From an uncultured candidatus Brocadiaceae bacterium (GTDB taxonomy: Bacteria; Planctomycetota; UBA1135; UBA2386), in the NCBI GenBank assembly GCA_964543795.1, contig CAZIZN010000004.1, forward strand, positions 189,176-253,175: a DNA stretch of 64,000 nucleotides, written 5' to 3'. Position numbers and translations under genes: made by a program. A model generated the notes under the pieces. The model made no database searches. It was not told where the DNA came from and saw only the letters and a list, made by a program, of their open reading frames with translations. Positions 20,146-29,456 of the stretch are shown in pieces; the first letter of the stretch is position 1; the number at the start of each line of letters is the position of its first letter.

Positions 20146-21413
20146 CGCAGGATCACCTGCTGCCGCTCCGGACCGACGGAGATGGTCTTGACCGGCAGAC
20201 CCGTGTGCGCCTCGATCGCGGCGACGTAGTCGCGGGCCGCCGCCGGCAGCGCCGCGTAGCTGCGGACGTCCCGCAGGTCCTCGGGGAAGCCCGGCAGTTC
20301 GGCGAACACCGGCTCGGCGCGGTCCAGCCCGAACGCCGGGAACTCCGTCGTGGTCGAGCCGTCCGGCAGGCGATAGGCGACGACGATGCGCAAGGGGTCG
20401 AACCCCCGCAGCACGTCGAGGTTGGTCAGCACGAGTTCGTCGGCGCCGGACAACTCGCCCGAGTAGCGGACCGCGACACAGTCGAACCAGCCGCAGCGGC
20501 GCGGACGACCGGTGGTCGATCCGAACTCGTTGCCGGCGAGGCGCAGCCGGTCGCCGAGCTCGTTGCGCAGTTCGCTCGGGAACGGTCCTTCGCCGACGCG
20601 CGTCGCATACGCCTTGACGATGCCGACCACTCGCAGGTCGTGCGGCGGCAGGCCCGTGCCGCTGAACGCGCCGCCGGTGCTGGCGTGCGAGCTGGTCACG
20701 TACGGGTAGGTGCCGTGCTCGAGGTCCAGCAGACAGCCCTGCGCGCCTTCGAGCAGGATGCGCCTGCCGTCCTTGCGTGCGGTGCGCAACACGGCGCCGG
20801 CGTCGACGATGCCCGGACGCAGGCGGTCGCCGGCGGCGAGCAGCGTCTGCTGCAGCGCCGCGACGTCGAGCCGCGGCAGGCCGGCCGGACCGAACCAGGC
20901 GTTCTTCTGCTCGACCAGGCTGGTCAGCGCCCGCTCGAGCCGGGCGGGATCGACGAGGTCGCCGAGCCGCACGCCGATGCGCGAGCAGCGGTCGGCGTAG
21001 GCCGGACCGATGCCGCGGCCCGTCGTGCCGATGCGGCTGCCGCTGCGCAGGCCCTCGGCCCAGGCGTCCTGCTGCTTGTGCGCGTCGACGATGACGTGGC
21101 ACCGTTCGCTGAGCAGCAGGTTGCGACCGAGCTCGACCGACAGGCCGCGTTCGGTCAGGCGGTCGATCTCGCTGCACAGGTGCACGGGGTCGACGACCAC
21201 GCCGTTGCCGATCACGTTGATCGTGTGCGGGTGCACGATGCCCGACGGCACGAGATGCAGCACCAACTTCCCGGTCGGCAGGATCAGCGTGTGGCCGGCG
21301 TTGTGCCCGCCGCCGAAACGGACGACGAAATCGGCATCGGCGGCGAGGTAGTCGATGACCTTGCCCTTGCCTTCGTCACCCCAGAGGATGCCTACGACAC
21401 ACGTGGACGGCAT
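20142..21413 (-). CDS. purA: Adenylosuccinate synthetase
   Basis: WGDEGKGK, GGHNAGHT, IGTTGRGIGPAY, EGAQG, TTGRPRRCGW. Confidence 0.97.
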   Translation of the reverse strand: MPSTCVVGILWGDEGKGKVIDYLAADADFVVRFGGGHNAGHTLILPTGKLVLHLVPSGIVHPHTINVIGNGVVVDPVHLCSEIDRLTERGLSVELGRNLLLSERCHVIVDAHKQQDAWAEGLRSGSRIGTTGRGIGPAYADRCSRIGVRLGDLVDPARLERALTSLVEQKNAWFGPAGLPRLDVAALQQTLLAAGDRLRPGIVDAGAVLRTARKDGRRILLEGAQGCLLDLEHGTYPYVTSSHASTGGAFSGTGLPPHDLRVVGIVKAYATRVGEGPFPSELRNELGDRLRLAGNEFGSTTGRPRRCGWFDCVAVRYSGELSGADELVLTNLDVLRGFDPLRIVVAYRLPDGSTTTEFPAFGLDRAEPVFAELPGFPEDLRDVRSYAALPAAARDYVAAIEAHTGLPVKTISVGPERQQVILR

Positions 21414-21551
21414 GAAGCGTCGCGGAAAAAGGGCGGCAGCATAGCTGATGCGCACGCGCGGTTCACCTGCGAGCCTCGCCGGGTTTGCCCCCGGTGCGCC
21501 TCTACTCACGTGCGGCCGGCGCGGATCGTCCCGCCCGCCGCACCCGCGGAG

Positions 21552-22883
21552 ATGCCCATGACCACCACCCCCGGCGCGAGCGCCGAAGCAGCCCTCGCCC
21601 TGCTGCAGCCGTTCACCACCCGTCACCTGGCCGGCACGCTGCGGCGGATCGCCTCCTGGAAGGGCGTCCCGCTCAAGTTCCTGCGCGGCCTCGAGGAGGA
21701 CCTGCGCCAGGAGCTGGTGCTCGACGCCATCGAAGCACCCCAACGCATCTGCTCGCTCGACGAGACCGAGCGACACCTGCACTGGATGCGCGTCGTCGAG
21801 CGGTGGATCTACCGCTTCCACGGCGCAGCGTGGCGACGACGCGCGGCGGCTGCCGACCTCGAGGATCTCCCGGCACCCGGCGCAGGCGTCGAGACGCTGC
21901 CGTCCGAACTGCCCCTCGGCCTCGGGGTGTCGCTGCGCAACGGTCGCCTCAACGTCAGTCGGTCGGCACGCGCACGCGCCGTGTCCGTGGCGGCGATGCG
22001 CCGCAGCATCGACGCGGTCGCCGTCCGGCTGGGCCGCGACGACGCCTACCGGACCTTCTGGCGCAACCGGCTCGGCGAGGCGTTGACCGGCCTCGCAGCC
22101 GACCTGCTGCGGCTGCGCGGCGGCCTGCACCTCGTGCCGCGCGCGCGCCACCTGCCGGACACGGGCGCCCGCATCGCCCGACTGCGGCGCCTGCGACCGC
22201 GTTTCCGCGCGTGGCGCCGGGCGATCGAGCTGCGGCGCGCCACGGCACGGTGGCTCGCGGCGCGCGAGTTCGACGACCACGCGCCGCGCCGCCTGCTCAC
22301 CGACGCCGCCGCACTCTGCCCGCATGCGAGCGCGACGTGGCTCTGGCTGTTCGAAGCATGCACAGCCGAAGGAGACCTGCTCGCCGCGGCCCACGCCTTG
22401 CGCGGCGCACGCAGCACCGGCACGGCGAGTCCGACGGCGCTGGTGCTGGCGCGCGCCCGACTCGCCGAGGCGCGCGGCCGCTGGCGAGCGGTCGTCGCCG
22501 TGCTCGCGCGAGGGTGTCGGCGCTGGCCCAGGGACGCCGTGCTGCAGCGAACGCTGCACGGCCTGGCGGACGGCTCAGTCCCGACGGATCACGGTCCGAC
22601 GGGTCACGGTCCGACGGGTCACGGTCCGACGGGTCACGGAGCCACGAGTGCTTCGCGCAGCGCAGTGGCGAGTTCCCGCTCGGCGACGGCATCGCCGCGC
22701 ACCTCGCTCCAGTCCGGCACGCCGAGCAACGGCTCGCGCAACCAGCGCACTTCGACGACGACGGCCAGCCCGCCGCCGTCCGCGAACACCGAAGCGCGCC
22801 GTTCGCACCCGACCTCGGCGTCCTCGGCCCAGGCCGTCTGCAGGCGCAGCGGCTCCGCTTCGGCGACCTGCACGGCGCCGTAG
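21552..22883 (+). CDS. Hypothetical protein: possible degenerate sigma-like N-terminus plus TPR-like helices; 3' end uncertain
   Basis: Long ORF divergent from purA; EEDLRQELVL...W resembles sigma region 2; runs through a 15-bp repeat and about 250 bp into the convergent gene. Confidence 0.55.
   Translation: MPMTTTPGASAEAALALLQPFTTRHLAGTLRRIASWKGVPLKFLRGLEEDLRQELVLDAIEAPQRICSLDETERHLHWMRVVERWIYRFHGAAWRRRAAAADLEDLPAPGAGVETLPSELPLGLGVSLRNGRLNVSRSARARAVSVAAMRRSIDAVAVRLGRDDAYRTFWRNRLGEALTGLAADLLRLRGGLHLVPRARHLPDTGARIARLRRLRPRFRAWRRAIELRRATARWLAAREFDDHAPRRLLTDAAALCPHASATWLWLFEACTAEGDLLAAAHALRGARSTGTASPTALVLARARLAEARGRWRAVVAVLARGCRRWPRDAVLQRTLHGLADGSVPTDHGPTGHGPTGHGPTGHGATSASRSAVASSRSATASPRTSLQSGTPSNGSRNQRTSTTTASPPPSANTEARRSHPTSASSAQAVCRRSGSASATCTAP
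22578..22639. repeat. 15-bp tandem repeat, 4 copies (CCGACGGGTCACGGT)
   Basis: Units at 22581, 22596, 22611 and 22626; reads PTGHG on the plus strand. Confidence 0.95.
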
Positions 22884-23017
22884 CGCGCGACCAGCACGTC
22901 GCGGCAGCGTCCGAACGCGTCCTCCGGCAAGCTCGCCACATCGACGGGACACGGCCGGTAGGCGACGGCGCACCCGGCCAGCAGCGACAGGAGGGCGCCC
23001 CACCGACGATCAGGCAC
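22634..23017 (-). CDS. Putative lipoprotein
   Basis: GTG start with GGAGG upstream; LLSLLAG-C lipobox; overlaps the stop of the oxoprolinase gene. Confidence 0.65.
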   Translation of the reverse strand: MPDRRWGALLSLLAGCAVAYRPCPVDVASLPEDAFGRCRDVLVARYGAVQVAEAEPLRLQTAWAEDAEVGCERRASVFADGGGLAVVVEVRWLREPLLGVPDWSEVRGDAVAERELATALREALVAP

Positions 23018-24584
23018 GGCCGTGACCTCCGCCGCCCGGCGTCTCGACGGCGACCCACTCGCCGGCATCGAGGCGGAACGTGGTCTTCGCCGGCAGCAGC
23101 CGACGCTGTCGGCCGCGCCCGCGTTCGAGGCGTCCGGGTGCGCCGGCACCCCCGCCGGCAGCGCCGGGCGGGCCTTCGCGATGCCGTTCGGCGAGGAAGG
23201 AGACCGTCAGCGGCGCGCGCGCTTCGATCACCTTGCGCAGCCCCTCGCCGCCGCGGCGCGCGCCGCGACCGCCGCTGCCGCGGCGCACCGACAGCTCGCG
23301 GACGAGCAACGGATACCGATGTTCGAGCTCCTCGATCGGCGTGTTGCGCGTGTTCGTCATGTGCGTCTGGACGGCGGCCTGACCGGCGTGGGTCGCCGTC
23401 GCCCCCGCGCCGCCGGGAAGGGTCTCGTAGCTGGCGAAGCCACGACCGTCGCCGGCGAGCCCGCCGAACGACAGGTTGCTCATGGTGCCGGCCGAGGCCG
23501 CGGGCGCCAGGTCCGGCACAGCGCCCGCGAGCGCCGCGAATGCGACATCGACGAGCCGCTGGCTGGTTTCGACGTTGCCGCCCGCGACCGGCGCGGGATC
23601 GATCGGGTCGACGAGCGTGCCGCGGCTCGTGCGCAACTTCACGAGCCGGTAGAGGCCGTCGTTGGTCGGCATGCGGCCGGGACAGAGGCAGCGCAGCACG
23701 TAGACGGCGGCGGCCATGGCGATGCCGGGGTTGCAGTTGACGCCGCCGCGGGCCTGCGCGCAGGTGCCGGTCCAGTCGAACAGCATGCCGCCGCGACCGA
23801 TCGTCAGCGCCAGCGCGATGCGCAGGGGACCGCTGCCGAGCCCGTCGTCCTCGAGGTGGTCGACGCTGCGGAACGTACCGCGCGGCAGGCCGCGCACCAC
23901 GGCCCGTGCAGCGCGTTCGGTGTAGTCGAGCAGGTCGTCGATCGTGCGGCGTACGTCGGCGAGCGTGGTGGTCGACAGGAACGTACGCAACCTCCGCTCG
24001 AACTGCGCGAGGCTCGCCTCCTGCGCGGCGAGGTCGAGCAACCGTTCGTCGGCGCCGCGCACGTTGCGCCCCAGGAGGCGCAGCAGGTCCTGCTGCAGTT
24101 CGCCGCGCCGCCGCAGCCGCACCGGCGGCAGCACGAGCCCCTCGGCCAGCAGATCGCCGACGATCGCCATCGAACCCGGCACCGCGCCGCCGATGTCGGC
24201 GTGGTGTGCGCGGTTGACGAGGAACCACTCGGGCGCGTCGCCGCCGGCCACGAACACCGGGCGCACCATGGTCACGTCGGGCAGGTGGGTGCCGCCGGCG
24301 TAGGGGTCGTTGAGCACGACGACGTCGCCCGGTTCGAGGTCGGGCACCGCTTCCTGCACGGCCACCACGGCCGCTCGCGCACTGCCGAGGTGCACGGGAA
24401 TGTGCGCCGCCTGCGCGACGAGGCGCGCGCGGCCGTCGAACATCGCCACCGAACAGTCGCGCCGCTCGCGGATGTTCGGGCTCGCCGCGCTGCGCAGCAG
24501 GCGCGCTCCGGCTTCCTCGCAGAAGGCGCCGATCAGGTGATGGAACACCTCGAGGCGCACCGGATCGGGGGCAGGTCGCGGCAT
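23010..24584 (-). CDS. Hydantoinase B / 5-oxoprolinase B-subunit family protein
   Basis: SPNIRERRDCS, HIPVHLG, NDPYAGGTHLPD, HHADIGG, GNVETSQR, HMTNTRNTP. Confidence 0.93.
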   Translation of the reverse strand: MPRPAPDPVRLEVFHHLIGAFCEEAGARLLRSAASPNIRERRDCSVAMFDGRARLVAQAAHIPVHLGSARAAVVAVQEAVPDLEPGDVVVLNDPYAGGTHLPDVTMVRPVFVAGGDAPEWFLVNRAHHADIGGAVPGSMAIVGDLLAEGLVLPPVRLRRRGELQQDLLRLLGRNVRGADERLLDLAAQEASLAQFERRLRTFLSTTTLADVRRTIDDLLDYTERAARAVVRGLPRGTFRSVDHLEDDGLGSGPLRIALALTIGRGGMLFDWTGTCAQARGGVNCNPGIAMAAAVYVLRCLCPGRMPTNDGLYRLVKLRTSRGTLVDPIDPAPVAGGNVETSQRLVDVAFAALAGAVPDLAPAASAGTMSNLSFGGLAGDGRGFASYETLPGGAGATATHAGQAAVQTHMTNTRNTPIEELEHRYPLLVRELSVRRGSGGRGARRGGEGLRKVIEARAPLTVSFLAERHREGPPGAAGGGAGAPGRLERGRGRQRRLLPAKTTFRLDAGEWVAVETPGGGGHGRA

Positions 24585-24717
24585 CGACGCGCAGTGTCGC
24601 GGCCCCGGCAGGCGGCGCAAGGCCATGCACCCGGCCCGGCAAGCGAACCGGCCGGGATCACCCGGCCGGTTCCTTCATCGACGACCCGGCTGCGTCACCA
24701 GCCGGACGAATCGCGGA

Positions 24718-25524
24718 TCAGTTGCCGCCCCCGCCGCCACGGCGGGGGAACGAGGCGCGGATCGCGTCGAGCGCCTTCTGGGCGTCCTCGAGCTTGCCCG
24801 CTTCGAGGTTCTTCTTCAGCGACTCGAGGTTGGCGTCGAGCTTCTTGACCTGCTCTTCGTCCATGCGCTCCTTCATGCGGTCCATCATCGGCGCCATGCG
24901 CTCGAGGCCGTCCTTGAACTGCGTCATCTCCTCGTCGTTCATCTCGGCGAGCGGCTTGCCGGCACCGAAGGGGCCGCCGCGCATGCCGCGGCCCTGGCCG
25001 CCTTGCCCACCCTGACCGCCTGCGCGCCCGCCGCCTGCGGCCATCTGCTTGGTGCGCTCGATCTGCTGCGCGATGCGCTTCTGCGCCTCTTCGTCCCCTT
25101 CCTCCTTGGCCTTGGCGAGTTGCTTCTCGAGGTCGGCCAGGCGCGCCGCCGGATCCATGCGGCCGGCGCCGGCCGGGCGCTCGCCGGCGGGACGGTCGGC
25201 ATCCGCCGGGCGCTCGCCGCGCGGGGCCGGCTGCACGTTGCCGAGCAGCTTGGCGTGCTTCTCGCGGAACGCGTCGCGCTCCTTGCTCTTGCCGAGGCGG
25301 TCGAGCAGCGCGAACTGCTGCGTCGCGGCTTCCTTGGCCAGCTTGTGCTCGGGCGCCTTGGCGAGGAACTCGTCGTAGAGGGCCATGGCCGCGGCGAAGT
25401 CGCGCGGTCCCTTCTCGAGGTAGAAGGCCTTGTAGAAGATGGCTTCGGTCTCGGCCGAGACGGGGGCCTGCGCGCACAGGGGCAGCGCGAGGGCGAACAG
25501 GGCAGCGGCAAATCGGGTCTTCAT
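24718..25524 (-). CDS. Secreted helical/low-complexity hypothetical protein
   Basis: Signal peptide MKTRFAAALFALALPLCAQA; TPR-like AMALYDEFL; GGQ and ERPA low-complexity segments; coding-like codon use. Confidence 0.8.
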   Translation of the reverse strand: MKTRFAAALFALALPLCAQAPVSAETEAIFYKAFYLEKGPRDFAAAMALYDEFLAKAPEHKLAKEAATQQFALLDRLGKSKERDAFREKHAKLLGNVQPAPRGERPADADRPAGERPAGAGRMDPAARLADLEKQLAKAKEEGDEEAQKRIAQQIERTKQMAAGGGRAGGQGGQGGQGRGMRGGPFGAGKPLAEMNDEEMTQFKDGLERMAPMMDRMKERMDEEQVKKLDANLESLKKNLEAGKLEDAQKALDAIRASFPRRGGGGGN

Positions 25525-25919
25525 CGGTTTCCTCGGAGAATGCGGTCGTGGTCGCCCGGAAGGGCGGGTCGAAGGATAGGCGCCAGCAACGCACCGCCGA
25601 CCGCCTTCCCCACGTAACGGTCTTGTCGCTCGGGCACGCCGCCGCCGCGGCTGCCCCCGCCCCCCCACTAGAGGATGGAACACTCCGAACCCTCGATGCG
25701 CGACCGCCCCGATGCACGACCTTCCCCGCCCCGCCGGGGTTCCAGGCCCCTGAGAGGGCCGAGCCCTGGAGGCCAGCCCGAGCGGCCCGGGACGCCGCCG
25801 GCAGCACAGCGGGTGCGCGAGAAGCCCACCGAGCCGCCGTTGCCCAAGCACCCCTGGCGAGTGCCGACCGATCCGCCGCCGGTCTGACCGCAGCGGCGGC
25901 CGGGCGGCCGCGACCCGGC

Positions 25920-27008
25920 TCAGCGCGAGCGCGCGCGCTCGAGCAGCGCGTCGTGCACCATCGTGCCCAGTTCGGAGCACTTGTGCTCGCCGGCCTTGAG
26001 GCTGCGGATGCGGCCGGTCTGGATCAATCCGGCGACCGTCGCTTCGAGGTCCTTCGCGGCCTGCGGCTCGCCGAGGTGGTCGAGCATCAGGCCCATCGCC
26101 AGGATCGTCGCCAGCGGGCTGGCCTTGTCGGTGCCCTTGTACTTCGGTGCCGAACCGTGGATGCCCTCGAACATGGACACCTTGCCCGGGTGGATGTTGC
26201 CCGACGCGGCGATGCCCATGCCGCCGATCAGCATCGCGCCGAGGTCGGTGATGATGTCGCCGAACAGGTTGGTCGTGACCGCGACGTCGAACCACTCCGG
26301 GTTCTTGATCATCCACATGCACGCCGCGTCGATGTAGGCGTGGTCCGTGGCCACGTCCGGGTACTCCTTGGCGACCTTGGCGAAGATGCGGGTCCAGATG
26401 TCCTGGGCGCGCACCGCGTTCGCCTTGTCGATCAGCGTCACCTGCGGCTTGTCGCGGCCGGGCTTCGGTCCGCGCTTCCTCGCCAGCTCGAACGCGTGGC
26501 GGATGATGCGTTCGGTGCCGCGCGCGGTGTAGACCATCTGCTGCAGCGAGATCTCGAAGTCGGTGTCCTTCTTGGTGGTGCCGTGGATGCCGGCGTAGGC
26601 GTCCTCGGTGTTCTCGCGCAGGAACAGGATGTCGATGTCCTTGGGGGTCTTGCCCTTGAGCGGGCAGAGCGACTCGTGGTAGAGCTTGACCGGGCGCAGG
26701 TTGACGTAGAGGTCGAGCTTGTGCCGCATGCCGGCGATGATCGCGAACTCGAGCTTGCCGACCTCGATGCGCGGGTCGCCGATGGCGCCGAACAGCACCG
26801 CGTGCATCTGCCGGATGCGGTCGAACGCGGCGTCGGGCATCGTCTCGCCCGTGGCGAGGAAGTGCTCGGCGCCGTAGGGCATGGGCTCGCGGCGGGTCTG
26901 AAAGCCGTAGACCGACTGCACTGCGTCGAGCACCTTGAGAGCCTCGCGCACGACTTCTTCGCCGATGCCGTCGCCAGGGAGAACGCCGATGTCGTAGACC
27001 TTGCTCAT
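25920..27008 (-). CDS. leuB: 3-isopropylmalate dehydrogenase (isocitrate/isopropylmalate dehydrogenase family)
   Basis: LPGDGIGEEV, LYVNLRP, RENTE, NLFGDIITD, EGIHGSAP; substrate not certain because no other leu genes are adjacent. Confidence 0.75.
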   Translation of the reverse strand: MSKVYDIGVLPGDGIGEEVVREALKVLDAVQSVYGFQTRREPMPYGAEHFLATGETMPDAAFDRIRQMHAVLFGAIGDPRIEVGKLEFAIIAGMRHKLDLYVNLRPVKLYHESLCPLKGKTPKDIDILFLRENTEDAYAGIHGTTKKDTDFEISLQQMVYTARGTERIIRHAFELARKRGPKPGRDKPQVTLIDKANAVRAQDIWTRIFAKVAKEYPDVATDHAYIDAACMWMIKNPEWFDVAVTTNLFGDIITDLGAMLIGGMGIAASGNIHPGKVSMFEGIHGSAPKYKGTDKASPLATILAMGLMLDHLGEPQAAKDLEATVAGLIQTGRIRSLKAGEHKCSELGTMVHDALLERARSR

Positions 27009-27131
27009 CCGTGATCTTGGGGCGAACAGTATGGCGGGCCCGCGGCGAACTTCCACCGCGCACCGGGATCGCGGGCCCCGCGCCACCCCGCTACACTGCG
27101 CGGCCGCGAATCCCGCCTCCGACGACCGCCC

Positions 27132-29399
27132 ATGAACCTGCGACCGATCCTCCCCGTCCTGTGCGCCCTCGCCGCCGCCGCCCCGGGCCTCGCCCAGAAC
27201 GACGACGCCGACTTCAACCAACGCCAGGCCAAGGCGCTCAACGCATTCGCCAAGAAGGCGTTCGAGAAGGGCTTCCCGCGCATCGCGAAGGTCGTCTGGA
27301 TGCAGACGATCAAGCTCTACGACCCCGACAACGCCGACGCCTGGACCTCGCTCGGCTACGTCAAGATCGGCACGAGCTGGAACCCCGACCCCAAACGCCC
27401 CTATCCGACGCAGGACACCGGCAGCGGCGCCGAGGGCCAGCCGCTGCAACGGTCCTACGAGGCGCTGAAGAAGGACCTCGCCAACCAGCATCGCCAGCAG
27501 GCCCAGCGGTGGGGCAAGGCCGGCCGCACCGACCGCGCCAACCAGCACTGGCGGTTGGTCCTGCGCTGGGTCGACAACGACCCCGAGGCACAGAAGGCGC
27601 TCGCGCACGTCGAGGTCGGCGAACTCAGCGGCTCCGACCTCGAGAAGACGCTCTTCGAACGCAGCAAGACCATCGAGCGGGCGGTCGAGGAACAGTCGAA
27701 GACCGACTACGACGTCAAGAAGGTCGAAGGCATCGAGTGCCCGCCCGTCGACCGCGCGCAGATCCCCTACATCACCGTGCAGTCCGAGCACTTCACGCTC
27801 CACGGCGACCCCGCCGAGGAGGAGAACCTGCTCGAGGCGCTGCAGTGGGCCGAACGCACGCTGCGCGTCTGCAGGGTCGCGTTCCCTTGGCAGTTCGAGG
27901 CCGAGAAGTGGCCCAGCCAGTGGGCGTTCTTCACGGCCAAGGAGACCTACCAGCAGATCCTGCGCGCCAACCAGGTGCCGGACCTCGAATGGAAGCTCGA
28001 GCACACGAGCACCTCGGGCATCGGCAACGTCGTCGTCGCGTCGACGAGCGGCAAGCAGGTGCTGCTCGACGCCTGCGTGCGCAACGTCGCGCGGCCCTAC
28101 GCCGGCTTCGGCGCCGACGCCTTCAGCGAGGGCATCGGCCACACGTTCGTCGGCATGATCTTCAACAACAACCGCCTCTTCTCGGTCGACCTCAAGAAGC
28201 AGCAGGGCACCGCCGCGAGCGAGGAGGACCGCGAGTTCGCCTCGCCCGACTTCGACATCTGGAAGAACCTCAGCCTCGAGATGGCGTGGCGCAGCACCGG
28301 CGGTGTACCCGCCAACAAGCTGCCGTTCGCCGACACGGCGTCGTTCACGAACGAGGAACGCATCAAGGCCTGGTCGTTCTGCGACTACATGATGCGCCGC
28401 GACCCGGAGATGCTGCGCACGATGGACCAGATCGCGCAGGACATGAAGAAGCGGCGCAGCAAGCAGCCTGCCGAGTTCGAGCAGGCGTTCGTCGAGAAGC
28501 ACCAGGTGACCATCGCCGAGCTCGACAAGGAGTGGGAGGACTTCTGGACGGGCGCCTCGCCGGTGTTGAAGGCGATCCAGAACAACACGCCGCCGCTGGG
28601 CGCCATCAGCAAGGGCGTCGACAAGTGGCTCGAGGCGTTCAACGAGGTGCGCAAGGCCTACGGCGCGACGCCGGTGCGTTGGTCGGCGAACCTGTCGACG
28701 CGTTGCCGCGACCACGCCGAGTACCTCAAGAAGAACAAGGACCTGCGCGACCCCGCGGCGATGCACACGCAGTCGGTCGAACTCGGCGGCACCTACGTCG
28801 GCAGCATGTTCGCGGAGATGGCGCTGGTCGAAGCGAAGGCCAACCTCGGCAACGCCAAGAAGGTGTTCGAGAAGTGGGTCTACCTGCCCGGCTACCGCGA
28901 CGCGCTGCTCAACAACACGATCCTGACGGTCGGCATGTTCCTCGAGGGCGACATCCTCGTGATCAACGCCGTGAGCGGCATCGGCACGCCGAAGGAAGCG
29001 GACAAGGGTGTGCGCACCTATCCGCCGGCGAACGACACGGGCCTGATCTTCGACGGCGAGGTCGCCGTCGCCGAACTCGGCCCGGACGTGCAGAAGCAGC
29101 TCGCGAAGCACGGTCGCGACGGCCAGAAGACGATCGGCTTCCCGCTGACGCTGCACTTCGGCGGGCCGGGCGGCATCTCGGTGAACCGGCAGTCGATCGT
29201 CTGCGCCGTGCGGAACAGCAAGGGCGAACGCGTCGACGGCTTCTACACCTACGACGACGGCAACCTGCGTACGAGCAGCGCGCCGGGCATGGCCGTGTTC
29301 TGGCCGTTCGAGCCCCTCAAGGGCAGGGTCCAGTTCCAGTGGAGCTGGGGCGACGGCGGCACGTCGCAGTCGTCGGTCGGCGCGTTCCAGGCGAAGTGA
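27132..29399 (+). CDS. Secreted protein: peptidase-MA-like (degenerate) N-region plus CAP/SCP-like domain
   Basis: Signal peptide; FNEVRKAYGATPVRWSANLSTRCRDHAEYL and WVYLPGYRDALL resemble a CAP domain; paralog of 4605-6068. Confidence 0.8.
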   Translation: MNLRPILPVLCALAAAAPGLAQNDDADFNQRQAKALNAFAKKAFEKGFPRIAKVVWMQTIKLYDPDNADAWTSLGYVKIGTSWNPDPKRPYPTQDTGSGAEGQPLQRSYEALKKDLANQHRQQAQRWGKAGRTDRANQHWRLVLRWVDNDPEAQKALAHVEVGELSGSDLEKTLFERSKTIERAVEEQSKTDYDVKKVEGIECPPVDRAQIPYITVQSEHFTLHGDPAEEENLLEALQWAERTLRVCRVAFPWQFEAEKWPSQWAFFTAKETYQQILRANQVPDLEWKLEHTSTSGIGNVVVASTSGKQVLLDACVRNVARPYAGFGADAFSEGIGHTFVGMIFNNNRLFSVDLKKQQGTAASEEDREFASPDFDIWKNLSLEMAWRSTGGVPANKLPFADTASFTNEERIKAWSFCDYMMRRDPEMLRTMDQIAQDMKKRRSKQPAEFEQAFVEKHQVTIAELDKEWEDFWTGASPVLKAIQNNTPPLGAISKGVDKWLEAFNEVRKAYGATPVRWSANLSTRCRDHAEYLKKNKDLRDPAAMHTQSVELGGTYVGSMFAEMALVEAKANLGNAKKVFEKWVYLPGYRDALLNNTILTVGMFLEGDILVINAVSGIGTPKEADKGVRTYPPANDTGLIFDGEVAVAELGPDVQKQLAKHGRDGQKTIGFPLTLHFGGPGGISVNRQSIVCAVRNSKGERVDGFYTYDDGNLRTSSAPGMAVFWPFEPLKGRVQFQWSWGDGGTSQSSVGAFQAK

Positions 29400-29456
29400 C
29401 GGCGCGGCCGGCGGTCGCGGCCGGCCGGAGCGCCGGGCTCACCGGCGCACGGCCAC

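Noticed and set aside
24563-24584. CCTGCCCC near the oxoprolinase start as a target of the tandem RNA loop
   Set aside because: An 8-nt GC-rich match is expected many times by chance in 64 kb.
25735-25800. GGGG...CTGAGA as a TPP riboswitch
   Set aside because: The downstream GAACCTGATC...GCGNAGGGA half is absent and no thiamine gene is adjacent.
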